From contig JARDVH010000140.1 in assembly GCA_030324005.1 (NCBI GenBank), forward strand, positions 32,398,862 through 32,462,861: a DNA stretch of 64,000 nucleotides, given 5' to 3'. A model generated the notes under the pieces. That model saw only the letters and a program-made list of their open reading frames with translations, ran no database searches and was not told the origin of the DNA. The position numbers were made by a program, and so were the translations under genes. Positions 61,227 to 64,000 of this stretch are shown here, piece after piece. This stretch comes from Negaprion brevirostris (lineage: Eukaryota). How positions within the stretch are numbered: the first letter of the stretch is position 1; every line of letters begins with the position of its first letter.

Positions 61227-62164
61227 GGCTATAGCAGAGAGCTGTGGTTTAGGAAAGATCCAGTTAGGGCTCAATACCTTTTTGCTTAAAGTAATCAAAG
61301 TTTGAGATTCAAGATGCTAAATAACAGAACAATAGATAGTCAGAAAGCTATAACAATTTACATTTATCGTATACCCTAACATTCAAGGTTAATAAGAATA
61401 CATATGAATTAATACACAAACTGTGGTCAGGCACACCACATTGTAAAGGCCATTTAATGCACAACCATGGATTTCTCAACAGCCCACCCAGATGCCAGCA
61501 AACCAATCTGTTTCTCACAGGATTTTGGCATTCACTTTTGAAGCTCTTGCCTTGCAATTTTCTCCAAAGGTCGCTCCACTGACTCGCTGGCAGGGTTTCA
61601 GTCTCATCTCCCGAGATTCTGTTCCTCTTGATACCTGAGTCTGCACTTCAGTAGCAACTCACAAACACAATTTCAGCTTTTCGGCAGTGCTGTGCTCCAA
61701 AGGATTACCTTTGTCCCAGTGACTCACAACACGTATCACCAACCCTCAACTGTCTTCTTCAATTGCCAGGGCTTCTCCTGAGATCTGTGATTTCCAAGGC
61801 TTCGTCCGAGTCCTGTGTTGCCAGGGTTTGTCTTCAGCCCTTTCAAACCACGATCTTTTTCTACCCAGAACTTCTTTCTCTGTTTTTTTTTCGTAACTGG
61901 GCCCTTGCCCTGCCCTCTTCCTCTGTCCTCTGTCTTGGCATTCGTTTTGGATCTCTCTTTTCCCTGTCCAGGACACACATTTTATTAATAATGCTCTGTT
62001 CCTGGTCACTTGATGCCACCTTAGGCCATTTTCTTTTATTGCACAGATGCACTGGGCCTGTCCGTGGCCCAAAAATTTACAAAAACAGTAGATTGTGCCT
62101 TGGCATACCACTTGCAGCCTACGCAAGTGTGAAGGCCCTCAAGATAAGTCTGGATCTTGTAACA
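61227..62164 (-). mobile_element. Possible solo LTR
   Basis: Minus strand begins TGTTACAAG at 62164, has a purine-rich interior with short direct repeats (CCCTGGCAA) and an AT-rich distal part. The left end is poorly defined and no TSD was found. Confidence 0.3.
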
Positions 62165-64000
62165 CATGGTATCTATCTGGCAATGGCAATGTGATAGTTA
62201 TGTAGCTCTCACGTCATGGGGTCAGAGTAATCATTACTTGAGAGCTATTTTACTTGAAATACTTTGTACCTGGATTCTCCACCTAAAGCTGCTAGCTCCC
62301 ATGTTGCAAGCATTGTTTCGCAAAATAAATCCCCAGCTGACTTTTCTGTGAACCTCTCCATCTTAAAAGCCCTCTTGCCCAAGAACAGTAATTCTATTCC
62401 TTTTCATGCATGCGTGACATTTTGATACAAGGATTTTGTGAAGAACTTTTTCAATCCCTTTTCAACTTTAATTTCAGCTTGTGGCTATGCCACTGCATAC
62501 TCAGGCTTGTGAAGATAATGGTACAAATCACTGAATTCATGCAAGGTAAATGTGTAGCTTTCCTGTCTAGCAATCTGAAAGCATTGATCAGCAATAATGG
62601 CATGTTTATTTGTCCAATTTTGATGATTTTTGAAATATATATTCGGAACCCATTAATTTAGTATTTTAACTTGGGGTTATTATTTAAGTGTAGCATTTAA
62701 CAAATCCTTTCAGGAACTCTACAGAGGCAGTCACAGGGTGACATCGCAGAGTGAAAAACAGACAGCAGGACTGCAGTATTCTTTTGCCAGATCAGGTCTA
62801 GTTATTTGTGCATAAGAAGTTCCATTAACAGTTGCAATTATTACTTTACTCTGTTTCCCAGACCGGAATCAGAGACTAATGTGTTGTGCTGCAGGGTAGC
62901 AGTGATTTACCAGACCAGATATTACCATCTAATTGAAATAATCCACTCCTTAGAATACTGGGAATGTTTTGTGTGAATTGTATGTTGCAGTTACTGGGAG
63001 ATGCTTTCTCTATCCAAATGATCGATAGCAAAAGCAACATAAAGGAGTTTGAATTCCTGAGAATAAATGGGAAACTAGGTTTGGAATTCTGCCGGATTAT
63101 CTGTGTCTTTATCGATAGTTGTCTGTCTTAACAGTAGTTTGATATCTTACTATTTGTGCCTTATTCTTTAATCGGACACAAAGTCAAATGTGTCTTTGTA
63201 AAATCTATCCAGTCACACTTTCTGACCATGCTTTAAATGTCAAAAATCTGAACTTGAAGGAGTCTGTACATTCCTTCATCTCCATTTTTAGGTCTAACTC
63301 CTGTTGCAGTACAGTTCTTTAAGAAATAATGAAGCATTCTTTGTACCACATCCATGTGGAGTGGTACTGTGTCCAAATGTCCCTATAAACAGCTATCTGG
63401 TGGCTAAAGGTCAGAAGTTTGATCACAGGAGTCTTGCTATTGGGCCCAGTCATGTCCTGACCTGTCATCTGTACACATCCACACTCAGAGCTACAATCTT
63501 GAATGATTTTTCTTCCCCTCCCATTAACTCTAGAGCACTAAGATCAGTTGTTGCATTGCTCAATGGCTGAGATCTGCTAACTTCATTCAGTTCCAGGTTA
63601 AAACCAAGAACTCGGTTGAATGAATTAGTTTGCACTACTGTTCTGTTTGCCAACCAAATCAAGGCAAAATTACTGGTATCTCATCAAATGCCTATTATTC
63701 AGTCCAGAAGATATTGAATAGCAAAGGAAATTTTGGGCTGGGTGAATAATGAACAGCCCATGCAAAGCAGCTCTTTTTGCAGTAAGGCCCATGAGAAATT
63801 TCTGTCCCTCGTTGATTTAAGTTGAGATGTTTTACATTCCCATTTGATTCGGGTGCTGTTTCAGGACAGTGTCCACATTATCATGGTCCATCTTCCCATC
63901 CAATTAAGGGAGCCTGTGTGAGTGGATGAACTGATCTGAACCTCACAGACAGCAAACCTGTTTGTACCATTTGGCAAGTTCCCTCAACCCAAAGGTAGAA

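Larger units (their letters stand above)
654..64000 (+). other. Large intron following the first coding exon (no downstream coding exon recognised)
   Basis: Starts GTAAGT. No convincing (S/M)HPLxLCN exon found. Content is TE debris and non-coding DNA, consistent with the long intron at this position in RNF43/ZNRF3. Confidence 0.7.

Noticed and set aside
61736-62194. Cluster of 60-143 aa ORFs
   Set aside because: No recognisable domain or splice structure; low-complexity purine-rich sequence, possibly LTR-derived.

Overview
Vertebrate genomic DNA, most likely from a shark or other elasmobranch, judged from HE1-like V-SINEs, HER1/CR1 LINEs, SacSINE1/DeuSINE-like copies and Penelope-type fragments. 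The window opens in a CpG-island promoter and the first coding exon (423-653, + strand, phase-0 GT donor) of an RNF43/ZNRF3-family transmembrane E3 ligase, most likely rnf43. The remaining ~63 kb looks like one large intron of decayed transposable elements (CR1, L2, Rex1/Babar, RTE, Crack/Daphne-like, Penelope, tRNA-SINEs) plus many N gaps. I could not recognise the next coding exon. The most unusual items are: (1) a ~284-bp structured, A-tailed retroposon carrying U2 snRNA sequence in permuted order, inserted into a CR1 with a ~23-bp target-site duplication; (2) short Penelope-type units with minimal hammerhead cores, one an 86-bp insert with a perfect 10-bp TSD; (3) a strand-skewed segment of unknown, possibly viral origin with a CpG-rich 33-bp repeat; (4) a triplicated GC-box/PBX-PREP-MEIS promoter module, an overlapping uORF and an RBPJ-motif-rich minisatellite next to exon 1; (5) a TRIM-like pair of 89-bp direct repeats; (6) a candidate internal ATG-only first exon. 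All family assignments are by eye from remembered consensus motifs; no searches were run.
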